Below are positions 45,966 through 55,900 of a DNA stretch of 64,000 nucleotides, one piece after another. Position 1 is the first letter of the stretch. Each line of letters begins with the position of its first letter. Origin of the DNA: Candidatus Saccharimonadota bacterium (GTDB lineage: Bacteria; Patescibacteriota; Saccharimonadia; CAILAD01; GCA-016700035); contig JAXLZV010000001.1 of assembly GCA_046350755.1 (NCBI GenBank), positions 75,510 through 139,509 on the forward strand. Reading direction: 5' to 3'. The translations under genes and the position numbers were made by a program. The notes beneath the pieces are model-generated. The model was not told the DNA's origin, searched no databases, and was given only the letters and a program-made list of their open reading frames with translations.

Positions 45966-47113
45966 GCCTGTTCCCTTTCTGTATATCGAGAAATATTTTG
46001 CAAAATTCCAACCGCAACCATCGTTGCCAAGAGACTCGTGCCGCCATAACTGATAAACGGCAGCGGGATACCAGTCAACGGGATGATATTGAGCATGGCT
46101 GAGATATTGACCGCCGCCTGGGTTAATAGCCAAACAGTGATACCGACTGATACCATGCGACTAAATCGGTCTGGCGCCATGCGTGCGATTCGAAATCCCC
46201 GCCAACCTACCAAACCAAACAAGCCGACGACAATCATCGTCCCCCACAAGCCAAACTGCTCACCAATAATGGCAAACACCGAGTCGTTGGTTGCCTCGGG
46301 TAAGTAGCCATACGACTGCAGGCTGTTGCCCAGGCCTTTGCCAAGTATCCCGCCACTACCCAGTGCAATCAAGGCTTGATTAATATGATAATCGGCGCCC
46401 GTCACGTCATCTTTGTGATTGAGGAAGGTAGCCAACCGAGCCAAACGATACGGAAAGATCACAACGGTTAAAGCCGCCGCGCCCAGTAATGTACCCAAAC
46501 CGGCCCCGAATAGCCAAATTGGCGCGTCTGATACAAACAAGATAGCTAGTGCCACCGACATCAAGACGATGCCGGTTCCAAGATCGCGCTGGAAAATCAC
46601 CGTTAGAATCAAGGTTATCGCCAGCACTCCCAAAAACGGGAGCAGACCCTGAGTGAAAGAGCGTAATTTATCACGATTCGATTCAAGCCAAGATGCCAAA
46701 AAGAGGATCAATGAAAGCTTCAGAAATTCCGCCGGCTGAAAACTTAAGGGCCCGAATTTAACCCACCGGCTAGCACCGTTAACGTTGAGCGAAATACCTG
46801 GGATGAAGACTAGACACATCAAAAAAAACGAACCAATCAACATCGGGAAAGCCGCCTTGCGCCAAAAACCGTACGGAATCCGCGAAGCACCAACCCAGCC
46901 AACCACGCCAATCGCTAAGCTAATCAATTGGTTGGTAAAAAATGCATTTCGATCGCTCGCCCCACCAGTGATATTAAAATTCACAATTGCCCCAGTAGAA
47001 TAGATCACCAGCATACCGATTGCTATCAGGGCTAATATGAGTAAGCCGAGAAAGTAGTCAGGCCGGTGATGAGGCCGCTCACGAATGGCGCGAGCCAGGT
47101 CAGCCACGGGCAA
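45881..47113 (-). CDS. ftsW: SEDS-family peptidoglycan glycosyltransferase FtsW
   Basis: A 10-TM SEDS pattern. It lies between mraY and murG. Confidence 0.85.
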   Translation of the reverse strand: MPVADLARAIRERPHHRPDYFLGLLILALIAIGMLVIYSTGAIVNFNITGGASDRNAFFTNQLISLAIGVVGWVGASRIPYGFWRKAAFPMLIGSFFLMCLVFIPGISLNVNGASRWVKFGPLSFQPAEFLKLSLILFLASWLESNRDKLRSFTQGLLPFLGVLAITLILTVIFQRDLGTGIVLMSVALAILFVSDAPIWLFGAGLGTLLGAAALTVVIFPYRLARLATFLNHKDDVTGADYHINQALIALGSGGILGKGLGNSLQSYGYLPEATNDSVFAIIGEQFGLWGTMIVVGLFGLVGWRGFRIARMAPDRFSRMVSVGITVWLLTQAAVNISAMLNIIPLTGIPLPFISYGGTSLLATMVAVGILQNISRYTEREQAYADNRVGGRNRRSRHTGFGPVRGSQGA

Positions 47114-48125
47114 TCAATCCAATGAGCAGCCCTAATACGCCCGTTATCGCACCAATAATCCACAACCGCATAGTGACTTTGGTTTCCGGCCAACCAATTG
47201 CTTCAAGGTGATGATGCAAGGGCGCGGAACGAAACACCTTATGTCCAAACACTTTCTTTGAAAATATTTGGACGGCACTTGAACCGGCCTCGAGCACAAA
47301 GACCGCACCAATAATCGGCAGCACGAAGACCGAATTTGTCAGCATCGCAATTACTCCCAAGGTCGCCCCTAAAGCAGTTGATCCGACTTGCCCCATAAAG
47401 AATCGCGCCGGATAAATATTAAACCAAGTATAAGCTAAAACTGCGCCGACTATCGTGGCACAAAAAGCTGCTAGTGCCGTCAAGCCAGAGAAAAAACAAA
47501 TAATCGCGTAGCAGCCATAGGCGAAAGCCAATAGCCCACCAGCTAAGCCATCGAGACCATCGGTAATAGATACCGACTTGGCCGTCGAAAATACCACTAA
47601 AATAAACAGCGGGATGTAGAGCCAGGCTATCGAGAAATCACCGACCGCCGGAACATGAATGAGATTATAACCAAGCTTAAAGTAAAACCACCATGCACAG
47701 AGTGCCGCTAGACCAAATAAGGCCAGGGCTTGGGTCTTAGCTTTTAGACCCCCGCTCCGATTTGCAAAGCCGAGAATATTCGACAAATCATCGATCAAGC
47801 CAAGACCACCAAAGAGCACTAATGCCATCAGCGGCAACCAAGTCTCCGTTCGATCAAGATTAGCAAACAACGTAATGACCGCAACGGCAATGAGGACAAT
47901 ACTACCGGCCATAGTTGGGATATGCCGCTTATGTTTTTCGGCGTGCAGCTTGGCAAAGACCTTAGCTTTCTCACCAGTTACGGCCGTTGCCCGTTGCTTA
48001 CGCCACCACTGATGCTTGAAGGCTAGCGTAGTAAAGATCGGCGTAAATAGCATCGCCAGTACAAAGCCCGCAAAAGCAAAAGTCAGTATCGGCAGCAGTT
48101 GGTTCGTCAGTGGGTCAAATTGCAT
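47100..48125 (-). CDS. mraY: Phospho-N-acetylmuramoyl-pentapeptide transferase
   Basis: Conserved MraY loops (DDxxD-like, HHH region). Confidence 0.9.
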   Translation of the reverse strand: MQFDPLTNQLLPILTFAFAGFVLAMLFTPIFTTLAFKHQWWRKQRATAVTGEKAKVFAKLHAEKHKRHIPTMAGSIVLIAVAVITLFANLDRTETWLPLMALVLFGGLGLIDDLSNILGFANRSGGLKAKTQALALFGLAALCAWWFYFKLGYNLIHVPAVGDFSIAWLYIPLFILVVFSTAKSVSITDGLDGLAGGLLAFAYGCYAIICFFSGLTALAAFCATIVGAVLAYTWFNIYPARFFMGQVGSTALGATLGVIAMLTNSVFVLPIIGAVFVLEAGSSAVQIFSKKVFGHKVFRSAPLHHHLEAIGWPETKVTMRLWIIGAITGVLGLLIGLIARG

Positions 48126-48157
48126 ATGGTTAGCTCCTGGTTAGCAATTATACAGCA

Positions 48158-49912
48158 TTACGAGCTGGGCGGCACCTGATAATACTTGAAGAGCTCTTTG
48201 GCGATCTCAGCGAACGCCGGCACCGCACTGCGCTCGGCAAATGTCTTTGTCTTCGGGTAATCAACCCGCACCATCATGATAAACTTCGGATCATCCGCCG
48301 GCGCGAAACCTATGAAGCTACCGATATTCTTATCCTCTTCATAACCCTGACCGTTCGCCTTTGGCACCTGAGCGGTTCCCGTCTTACCAGCAATCTTGTA
48401 CCCTGGCATACGCGTCAAATAACCCGATCCACCTTCAACTACCTTGACCATCATGCTCGTCACCTGCGAGGCAGTCTCTTTACTCATAACATTTTCGGCC
48501 TGCGGCTTGTGTGGCACATCCTCAAGTTCACCGTTGGCTTTGATCTTTTTCTCAAGGACATGTGGCTGAACCAAGGTGCCGCCGTTCGCGATCGTAGAGA
48601 TCGCCGTTATCATCTGCAAGCTCGTCGCACCTATCCCCTGACCAAAGGTCATATTGGCATAATCAATGTCGGCGGCATTCGGATCTTTGACTTGCCCCTT
48701 GGCTTCACCAGCCAGCTCGACACCGGTTTTCTTACCAAATCCGAAGGCAATTATACCGTTATGTAATGCCTCCTTGCCAGCCCGAGTGATCTGGCTAGGA
48801 TTTCCACCCAACATCCGTAGAATATACACCATACCGGTATTAATTGAGTTCTTAATCACTAAGCTCATGTCGACCGTACCAAAACTTTTCTTCTCAGCAT
48901 TATTGATCGTATACTCACCAATCGTCACGCTACCAGTATCATTAAAAGTCGTTTCCGGTTTGATTTTGCCAGACTGCAAACCAAGTGACATCGTCAGCGG
49001 CTTAAAGCCTGATCCGGGCTCAAATTGATTTGAGATCGCGCTATTAATAAAGCTCGCGTACTCATTCGCCTTAACTTTCTCGTAAGTATTTGGGTCATAC
49101 TCCGGATTATTCACCATTGCTTTAATGGCTCCGGTATACGGATCCATAATGATTACACTGCCCGAGCTGGCTTGATTAGCCTCAACAGCTGACTTCAATG
49201 CCTTTTGAGCCACACTCTGCAAATATCGATCAATCGTCAAAACATATGAGGTCCCATTCCGCGGCTCATCGACGATATTGTCCTGTGTCGACAGTGGCAC
49301 CCCCTGGCTATCAGTAACCGCCTTGAGCATACCGTTTTGACCGGAAAGCTCGGCATTTAAGTATTGCTCTACGCCATATTGTCCCTTCCCATCGCTATTC
49401 ACATAGCCGGTAACATGCCCCAGCAAACTCCCCTCAGGGTACGACCGATAGTCACGATCCTTGAGCACAACTCCCTTGATGCGCAAATCAGCGATTTGCT
49501 TAGCTAGATCTTTCTCGATCTGCTGCTTGATTTCAACGTAGCGACTCTTGCCAGAGAAGGTCAGTTGCTCTTGGAGGGCTTTTTTATCAATACTTAAGAG
49601 AGGAGCGAGTTGTTCGGCCGCCTTGGCTGGATCCTCAATCAATTTCGGGTCAGCATAGGCGTATTTCAACGAATTATTCAACGCAACCGGGTAAAGCTCG
49701 CCATTATCCTGCAGATAAATTTCACCGCGCTTAGCTGGGATCTCAAATTGACGTGACTGCTGAGCGGTGGCCTTAGCCGTATAGTCACCACTCTTGATAA
49801 CCTGCACATAGACTAACTTCCACATAATTGCCGCCAGCGGAATAGCAAAAATCCCAGCTAACACGTAAAGCCGAGCATTACTCATGCCAAAAACTGTCCG
49901 ACGGGATTTCAT
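48158..49912 (-). CDS. ftsI: Penicillin-binding protein (class B transpeptidase, FtsI-like)
   Basis: An N-terminal TM helix, then the SxxK (SGFK), SxN and KTGT motifs. Confidence 0.85.
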   Translation of the reverse strand: MKSRRTVFGMSNARLYVLAGIFAIPLAAIMWKLVYVQVIKSGDYTAKATAQQSRQFEIPAKRGEIYLQDNGELYPVALNNSLKYAYADPKLIEDPAKAAEQLAPLLSIDKKALQEQLTFSGKSRYVEIKQQIEKDLAKQIADLRIKGVVLKDRDYRSYPEGSLLGHVTGYVNSDGKGQYGVEQYLNAELSGQNGMLKAVTDSQGVPLSTQDNIVDEPRNGTSYVLTIDRYLQSVAQKALKSAVEANQASSGSVIIMDPYTGAIKAMVNNPEYDPNTYEKVKANEYASFINSAISNQFEPGSGFKPLTMSLGLQSGKIKPETTFNDTGSVTIGEYTINNAEKKSFGTVDMSLVIKNSINTGMVYILRMLGGNPSQITRAGKEALHNGIIAFGFGKKTGVELAGEAKGQVKDPNAADIDYANMTFGQGIGATSLQMITAISTIANGGTLVQPHVLEKKIKANGELEDVPHKPQAENVMSKETASQVTSMMVKVVEGGSGYLTRMPGYKIAGKTGTAQVPKANGQGYEEDKNIGSFIGFAPADDPKFIMMVRVDYPKTKTFAERSAVPAFAEIAKELFKYYQVPPSS

Positions 49913-49946
49913 ACTTGCCTATTATCCCCCTTTGGGCGCCAAGATG

Positions 49947-50336
49947 CTAACGCTGTGCGTAACTCACATTACCAACTGGTGTCATAGCTTTCGCCACCTG
50001 ACTCTCGCGAGCCTCAGCGATGGATTGCAAACGTGCAGCATCGATACGAAGTTGCTCCTTTTGAGACTGCAATTCTACACGTTTAGTCTCCAAGCGCGTC
50101 AAGCGAATATCTAGCGTTTTGGCTTTTGAGATTTGATTCAAGTACAACATCGAGAGGAGAGCGACCAGAGCCAAAAGCATAAACGACACCGAGATCGGGC
50201 CAGCTTGGACACGGGCTTCAACGCGGGTTAGATTTTGATTGCGAAATAAACGCTGCTCTTTGTACATTGGTTTTTCTCCTGGAACGATGTGTGTTTTTGT
50301 GTTTGTTTTTGGTTTGTGGCGTTTTACGAACGCCAA
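49947..50336 (-). CDS. ftsL: FtsL/DivIC-like septum-formation protein (bitopic, coiled coil)
   Basis: A basic N-terminus, one TM helix (ISVSFMLLALVALLSMLYL) and a coiled coil. It lies between rsmH and ftsI. The start is uncertain (alternative at 50267). Confidence 0.55.
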   Translation of the reverse strand: MAFVKRHKPKTNTKTHIVPGEKPMYKEQRLFRNQNLTRVEARVQAGPISVSFMLLALVALLSMLYLNQISKAKTLDIRLTRLETKRVELQSQKEQLRIDAARLQSIAEARESQVAKAMTPVGNVSYAQR

Positions 50337-50444
50337 ACGACTCTAGACAAGCTAAAGTTACTTAATGACGCGAACTTTCAGTTTGGTGGCTCGCGGGCTC
50401 ATATTTCTAACGGCTACGGTCATATCTGACCTCCTTTTTTTGTG

Positions 50445-51350
50445 TTATTTTTTCTTTTCAACGGCTCGGAGTTTTGCGCTCCGGGCGCGTGGATTGTAAG
50501 CAATTTCTTCAGTTGCCGCCATAAGCGGCTTTTTGGTAACCAGAGTAAACAACGATTCCTGTAATGGTTGACCAGTAATAGTATCCCATACTGGTTGTGT
50601 TTTGTCACGCATAAAATGCTTCACGATACGATCTTCGAGGGAGTGAAAACTGATCACCGCTAGTCTCCCCCCTGGTGCTAGCTGATTGATAGCTTCTGGT
50701 AATACCGCCTCTAAAGCATCAAGTTCGCCATTAACGGCAATGCGTAAAGCCTGAAAGGTTTTAGTCGCGCCATCAATGCGTCCACTGGGAACTACTGAGC
50801 GTACGATCTCGGCCAGCTGTTGAGTCGTCATAATTGGCAGCTCAGTGCGGATGGCAACAATCTTGCGCGCGATCATCCGACTACGGCGCTCCTCACCATA
50901 GCGAAAGATAATATCTGCAAGCTGAGCCTCTTCGAGGGTATTCACCAGATCAGCGGCAGTGGTAGTCTGGCGATCGTCCATGCGCATATCTAGTGAAGCA
51001 TCCTCGCGAAAAGTGAAGCCCCGATCAACCTGATCAAGCTGCGCACTGCTGACACCGAGATCCAACAGGATCATATCGGCTTGGGGCATGCCGCGCCAAT
51101 CAATTTGAGCAAAGTTCTCGCGAACGATCTTGACATTGTCTTGACCGCTAAACCGCTCGTGAAGGGCGGCTATTGCCTGAGCATCGCGATCAAACAGCCA
51201 TGCTTGGCCGGCAAGTCCGATCAGCTTAATGACAGAATCAGCGTGACCACCAAATCCCGCCGTGAGGTCGAGATACTTCTCACCTCTAGCCGGATGTAAG
51301 ACGGACAAAACCTCATCGCCCAATACCGGAATGTGTTGTTTTTGAGTCAT
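50445..51350 (-). CDS. rsmH: 16S rRNA m4C1402 methyltransferase
   Basis: HIPVL N-terminus, the SAM motif and FHSLEDRIVK. Confidence 0.9.
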   Translation of the reverse strand: MTQKQHIPVLGDEVLSVLHPARGEKYLDLTAGFGGHADSVIKLIGLAGQAWLFDRDAQAIAALHERFSGQDNVKIVRENFAQIDWRGMPQADMILLDLGVSSAQLDQVDRGFTFREDASLDMRMDDRQTTTAADLVNTLEEAQLADIIFRYGEERRSRMIARKIVAIRTELPIMTTQQLAEIVRSVVPSGRIDGATKTFQALRIAVNGELDALEAVLPEAINQLAPGGRLAVISFHSLEDRIVKHFMRDKTQPVWDTITGQPLQESLFTLVTKKPLMAATEEIAYNPRARSAKLRAVEKKK

Positions 51351-51408
51351 AACTCTATGTCAAGGTTACCTATTTAGCAGCCAACTGTCTATTTTTGGTT
51401 TTGGTTTT

Positions 51409-51531
51409 TGAAAGTTGTGAGGTGGTTAGATCTGCATGCAGATCTGATGTGGCAAGGACTAACATTGTAGTAATGATAAGTCCTTGAAATTGTATACGTA
51501 GGTATACAAGAGTTGAAAGTTTGTGAGGTGG
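51409..51531. repeat. Direct repeats and perfect palindromes in the 330-bp mraZ-rsmH spacer
   Basis: tgaaagttgtgaggtgg (51409-51425) is repeated as tgaaagtttgtgaggtgg (51514-51531). The 18-bp perfect palindrome agatctgcatgcagatct lies at 51428-51445. Hairpins lie at 51453-51487 and 51490-51509. Confidence 0.4.
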
Positions 51532-51680
51532 AGTTTTGTTGAGAAAGGGACTCGCTTTAATTTTGATACGCTCAAGCGTCAACAAGCGCTGTTGACTGCC
51601 AAATAGCTAACCTGATTTTTGTGTGTATTTTTCTTTCAATGAACTGACTTGGGTGCTCGCGTGAGCAGTCTCAAGTCCCC

Positions 51681-52037
51681 TCAGCTGGTTTTTGCGCTTA
51701 GGCGAAAATATTTGCCAGCCCGGACCGCGACAACGTCGTGATCGATATGGGCATACGCCAGATGATGGGGCTCGAGCGTAACGCGTCCCTGCTTTGTATC
51801 AAGCATAGCGGTTACTTTGCCGGTCCGGAACTGAATGTTCAGATCGGCAGTTCGTTCATCGAGAATGCTACCAGTTAAGGCTGGTTCCATCTCGAGATCC
51901 CAAACTTGTTTTGGATAAAGGTGAAGGTACTGTCCAAAGCCGCGGGTGATGACTACTTCTGGCCCAAACTCCGCCTGTAATTCCTTCGGAATCGTCAGTC
52001 GGTTTTTTGCGTCGAGCTTTCTTTCAAAGTAATCCAT
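51681..52037 (-). CDS. mraZ: Transcriptional regulator MraZ
   Basis: Two DxxxR repeats are present (LDAKNRLTIP and a second half). The start is at MDYFERKL with an aggaaag SD. Confidence 0.85.
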   Translation of the reverse strand: MDYFERKLDAKNRLTIPKELQAEFGPEVVITRGFGQYLHLYPKQVWDLEMEPALTGSILDERTADLNIQFRTGKVTAMLDTKQGRVTLEPHHLAYAHIDHDVVAVRAGKYFRLSAKTS

Positions 52038-52070
52038 GGTGTAAGTCTTTCCTGTTTGCGGTAGTGTCTC

Positions 52071-52118
52071 ACCCACATTTACCCACTACCATCACTATAT
52101 GCCCCTTCCCTACCCACG
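52071..52118 (-). promoter_or_regulatory. Candidate MraZ operator: TGGGT direct repeats with a 5-nt spacer, plus a third copy
   Basis: The minus strand reads TGGGTaaatgTGGGT at 52086..52072, and a further TGGGT at 52117..52113. It lies 35-80 nt upstream of the mraZ start. Confidence 0.45.
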
Positions 52119-52184
52119 TCAACGCCCTATGCATAACTTTTTTGACCTTATCCACAAGAATCTGCCATACTAGCTATATTCACC

Positions 52185-52694
52185 ATGCCTCGACATAAAA
52201 AACGCCCCAAAATTGCCACAAGTTACCTCCACTCGAGTTTCTTCGGGATTGAAGATAGTCTGGTTTCAACAACTGGCTTAATTGCTGGTGTGTCGGTAGC
52301 GACCACGGACACGAGCTTCATTCTGCTGGCTGGTTGTGTAGCCGTGGCCGTCGAAGCCATCTCAATGGCCACTGGTGAGTTTCTGTCAGAAGAAACTGAC
52401 CAAGATTTCACCAAAAAGAAACTTCACAGCAGCCCGATCGTCGGAGGTTTGATTATGTTCGTGTCTTATGGCTTAGCTGGAATGGTGCCAATCATTCCGT
52501 TTGCAATTTTTCCACCCGAGTACGCCTTGATCGCCTCGATGACGGCAGCCTTAATCGGCCTGTTTGTACTAGGGCTCGTGAAAGGTAAACTCACCCATAA
52601 AAATATCTTCCGTAGCGGACTGCAAGTCTTAATCGTCGGTGGAATATCGGCAATGATTGGAGTTGCAGTTGGTGTGATCTTTAAAGGGGTTTAA
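52185..52694 (+). CDS. VIT1/CCC1-family membrane protein
   Basis: The TM pattern and conserved acidic residues (ISMATGEFLSEETDQD). Confidence 0.65.
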   Translation: MPRHKKRPKIATSYLHSSFFGIEDSLVSTTGLIAGVSVATTDTSFILLAGCVAVAVEAISMATGEFLSEETDQDFTKKKLHSSPIVGGLIMFVSYGLAGMVPIIPFAIFPPEYALIASMTAALIGLFVLGLVKGKLTHKNIFRSGLQVLIVGGISAMIGVAVGVIFKGV

Positions 52695-52697
52695 TCT

Positions 52698-54065
52698 CTA
52701 AGCGCGATTGAGTCGGGCAGCGAGATATGCCTTCAGCTCTGCAATACTGATGCGAGCTTGCTCCATGGAGTCACGATCACGTACCGTCACGGCCTTATCT
52801 TCAAGTGAATCAAAATCAACCGTCACACAATACGGCGTTCCGATTTCATCCTGGCGGCGGTAGCGTCGTCCGATCGACTGTGTCTCATCGTATTCAACCC
52901 GCCAATCACCCGCTACCATACCGAACACTTCGTGTGCAAGCTTCGAAAGTGCTGGCTTCTTCGAGAGTGGCAAGATCGCAACCTTGATCGGGGCAATTTC
53001 TGGGGTAAACCGCAACACTACCCGCTTCTCACCCTTCACTTCCTCTTCGTCGTAAGCGTCACAAAGCACCGCCAAGGCGATGCGACCCAAGCCGAAGGTC
53101 GGCTCGATAACGTACGGCACTAGGTGTTTTTTGGTCTCCTCATCAAAATAGGTCAAGTCTTTGGTCGAAAACTTAGCGTGCTGCGTGAGATCATAGTCGG
53201 TGCGATTTGCGATGCCAGTAATTTCTTTTGTACCAAATGGAAATTCGAACTCTAGATCGATCGTCCGCTCTGAATAATGCGCCCGGCCGTCAACTGGATG
53301 CTCGTATTCATGGAGATGTTCTGGCTTCAGGCCAATCGATGCCAGCCAATCCTTTTGCGCCTTCAGGAAGTCATCAAAATGTTGAGCGGCTTCATCTGGC
53401 TTAGTGAAAAACTCCAACTCCATGATCTCCAACTCTCGCACGCGAAAAATAAATTCGCCAGGAGTCAGTTCATTCCGAAAGCTTTTACCAATCTGAGCGA
53501 TACCAAATGGCAGGCGTTGGCGGGTGGTTTCAAGTACATTCTTGAAATTCGTAAAGATCCCACCAGCAGTCTCGGGTCGCAGATACGTCGTTGCGGCTTC
53601 GCTCTCAACTGCTCCGACTTTGGTAGTAAACATCAGATTGAACATCTTCGGTTCGGTCAACTCGTTGCCGTCGGGGCTCTTCATATCCTTTAGGGCGGCT
53701 TTTAACTTCGTGAGATCAGTCGTGTCGATGCCAGCCAAATGATCAGCCCGGTAACGCTTCTTTGTAACCTTATCGTCAACCATCGGGTCAACAAATTCAT
53801 CGACGTGGCCACTGGCCTTCCAGAGAGTTGGGTTTTGAATGATCGCCGTGTCTAATCCAACCATATTGGGGCGCCGATTGACGAACTCTCGCCACCAGCT
53901 CGCTTTGATATTATTGACCAATTCGACACCAAGCGGGCCATAGTCCCAAAAACCTGCCAAGCCGCCATAAATCTCACTGGCCTGGAAGACGAAGCCGCGT
54001 CGCTTAGCAAAGGACGTGAGCGCCTCTAAGCTTACTCGTTGATCATCAGATTTTTGGTCACTCAT
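52698..54065 (-). CDS. glyQS: Glycine--tRNA ligase, alpha2 (archaeal/eukaryotic-like) type
   Basis: Class II motifs are present and the N-terminus is FQASEIYGGLAGFWDYGPLG. Confidence 0.9.
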   Translation of the reverse strand: MSDQKSDDQRVSLEALTSFAKRRGFVFQASEIYGGLAGFWDYGPLGVELVNNIKASWWREFVNRRPNMVGLDTAIIQNPTLWKASGHVDEFVDPMVDDKVTKKRYRADHLAGIDTTDLTKLKAALKDMKSPDGNELTEPKMFNLMFTTKVGAVESEAATTYLRPETAGGIFTNFKNVLETTRQRLPFGIAQIGKSFRNELTPGEFIFRVRELEIMELEFFTKPDEAAQHFDDFLKAQKDWLASIGLKPEHLHEYEHPVDGRAHYSERTIDLEFEFPFGTKEITGIANRTDYDLTQHAKFSTKDLTYFDEETKKHLVPYVIEPTFGLGRIALAVLCDAYDEEEVKGEKRVVLRFTPEIAPIKVAILPLSKKPALSKLAHEVFGMVAGDWRVEYDETQSIGRRYRRQDEIGTPYCVTVDFDSLEDKAVTVRDRDSMEQARISIAELKAYLAARLNRA

Positions 54066-54094
54066 ATCTGGAAATTATACCAGATATACAAGGC

Positions 54095-54796
54095 TTACGC
54101 CAAGCTCCGGCTCTTCAGCGTTAAGCCTGTATGATAGCCCCAAAATTGCTCAATAATCGGGGTCAGCTCGCTGGCTGCCTGATCGGCCTGCTTGATGCTC
54201 AACCGCTGCCCAACTGGAGCTCGCAAAAGAAACCGCCAAAGCTTAAGAGCCTGACTGGTCAGCTGAGCTCCGGTGTGTCCAGCGTGAAAATTTCCCTCTC
54301 GAATGTCCAGGCCATAATCACGCTCTGTCTCCGGCAGCTGTGGCGTCAACCCTAGCACATCGAGACTATGGACCATGAGACTCAGCCACGCTAATCGCCG
54401 AGCTTCAACGCTTGACAGCGGATCCGCCAGCGTAGACAGTACCAGCCCGAGGTGTTCGTACCACATCTCATCGATTTGACCGTCGTCCATCGTCAAATCT
54501 GTCAGCTCAAGTACCGCCTGGGCTTCTACTAGCACATCATAATCCCCAGCCGGCTGTAGGCTACGCATAACCTGCGCACCAGTCACGATCGGCAATCCGC
54601 GTGTCTCCACACACTGCATACTTATCTCGGCGTACGGCTCAAGCTGACTAGTGAGCTTCGCGCCAGCTCGGCGTACCCCCCGTGCCGATGCCGTCAGCTT
54701 ACCTTGCTCGCGTGAATAAAATATCAAGAGCCGATCAGCCTCACCAAGATTGCGCCGCGCTAAAACATACCCCGTGAGGCGCAAATTCCGACTCAC
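54095..54796 (-). CDS. recO: DNA repair protein RecO
   Basis: An N-terminal OB-fold pattern (GEADRLLIFYSREQGKL) and the expected size. Confidence 0.8.
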   Translation of the reverse strand: MSRNLRLTGYVLARRNLGEADRLLIFYSREQGKLTASARGVRRAGAKLTSQLEPYAEISMQCVETRGLPIVTGAQVMRSLQPAGDYDVLVEAQAVLELTDLTMDDGQIDEMWYEHLGLVLSTLADPLSSVEARRLAWLSLMVHSLDVLGLTPQLPETERDYGLDIREGNFHAGHTGAQLTSQALKLWRFLLRAPVGQRLSIKQADQAASELTPIIEQFWGYHTGLTLKSRSLA

Positions 54797-55203
54797 TTCA
54801 CGCTCACCACGCTGCGGACCGCCTCAACCAGCTGCGTGGGACGGATTTTTTGCTTGACGAGATAATGCTTGATACCCAATGACTCCCGCAAACTGGCGTA
54901 CAACCCAACATCCGCCGCCTCTAAAACGGTGACAATTAAAATAGGAGTTTCAGCCAATCGAGTATCGAGCCGGAGATCCTGGATGAGTCGCAAGCCATTG
55001 CGCCCCGGCAACAAGACCTCAGTTACAATCACTGCAAAGTCGAACTGACTGACAGCCTGCTTGGCTGAATCAGCATCACGTGCCAATGAGGGTCGAAAGC
55101 CAGCCCGCACCAAGGCAGCCTCATACACCGCGGCAAAGCTCGCATCTTCGTCTATGAGTAAAACCCGTGGCAAATGTATGTCTTGAGTCTTCATCTCTCT
55201 CAT
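54793..55203 (-). CDS. Stand-alone response-regulator receiver domain
   Basis: LLIDED...D...K pattern with no output domain. Confidence 0.75.
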   Translation of the reverse strand: MREMKTQDIHLPRVLLIDEDASFAAVYEAALVRAGFRPSLARDADSAKQAVSQFDFAVIVTEVLLPGRNGLRLIQDLRLDTRLAETPILIVTVLEAADVGLYASLRESLGIKHYLVKQKIRPTQLVEAVRSVVSVK

Positions 55204-55217
55204 TGTATCAGGTAGGT

Positions 55218-55868
55218 TTAATCACCAAACGGTAAGACAAGCTGTGAGGCGATTTGAAAACTCAGATGCAAACTATCTTTCGTAATATACAAACCGATTT
55301 GCTCGGTCGCCAACTCACGACTCAAGATCAGAGCCCGCACCGAAGCCTCAGATGTGTGCGTAACGGCGTAACGCAGTGCTGATTGGCGAGATAACGTATG
55401 CAGTAGCTCGTTCTCGGCTTGTATTGGTGAGAGACTCATTACCAGCCGCTGATCACGCTGTCGAAAACGTGCCTCTAGCTGTAATGGTGTCATTATGTCT
55501 AATATTTCTTGCACCAACCGCAACTGTTGAGAGGCATGGCCAAACACCTTTGGCAAGCGTCGCTGTCGCTTGATTTTGATAGTATAGCAATCTGCTAACC
55601 CCTCAAGTATTGATCGCATCGTGTGCGTCGCGCCCATGTACGGCTGCTCACTGTCACCTACATTTATAACCTCATGCAGGCGTCGAGCCAACTCGCTAAA
55701 ACTCACAAAATCGCGAGCCGTTTGTAAAACTAACTGTGCATCCTCAACCTCAATCGCGCCCTCCAGCGCGGCGAGGCGGCTGTGCATATGTGCGGAGACA
55801 TATCCCTGAATGACCCGCCAAGCTTGACGGTCCTCACCTTCCATACAGTCTAGCTTACGTGGGCGCAT
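55218..55868 (-). CDS. Hypothetical protein
   Basis: An ORF with no recognisable motif. Confidence 0.4.
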   Translation of the reverse strand: MRPRKLDCMEGEDRQAWRVIQGYVSAHMHSRLAALEGAIEVEDAQLVLQTARDFVSFSELARRLHEVINVGDSEQPYMGATHTMRSILEGLADCYTIKIKRQRRLPKVFGHASQQLRLVQEILDIMTPLQLEARFRQRDQRLVMSLSPIQAENELLHTLSRQSALRYAVTHTSEASVRALILSRELATEQIGLYITKDSLHLSFQIASQLVLPFGD

Positions 55869-55900
55869 GAGCTCAGAGCAAGCATGGACTGGAATGAATC

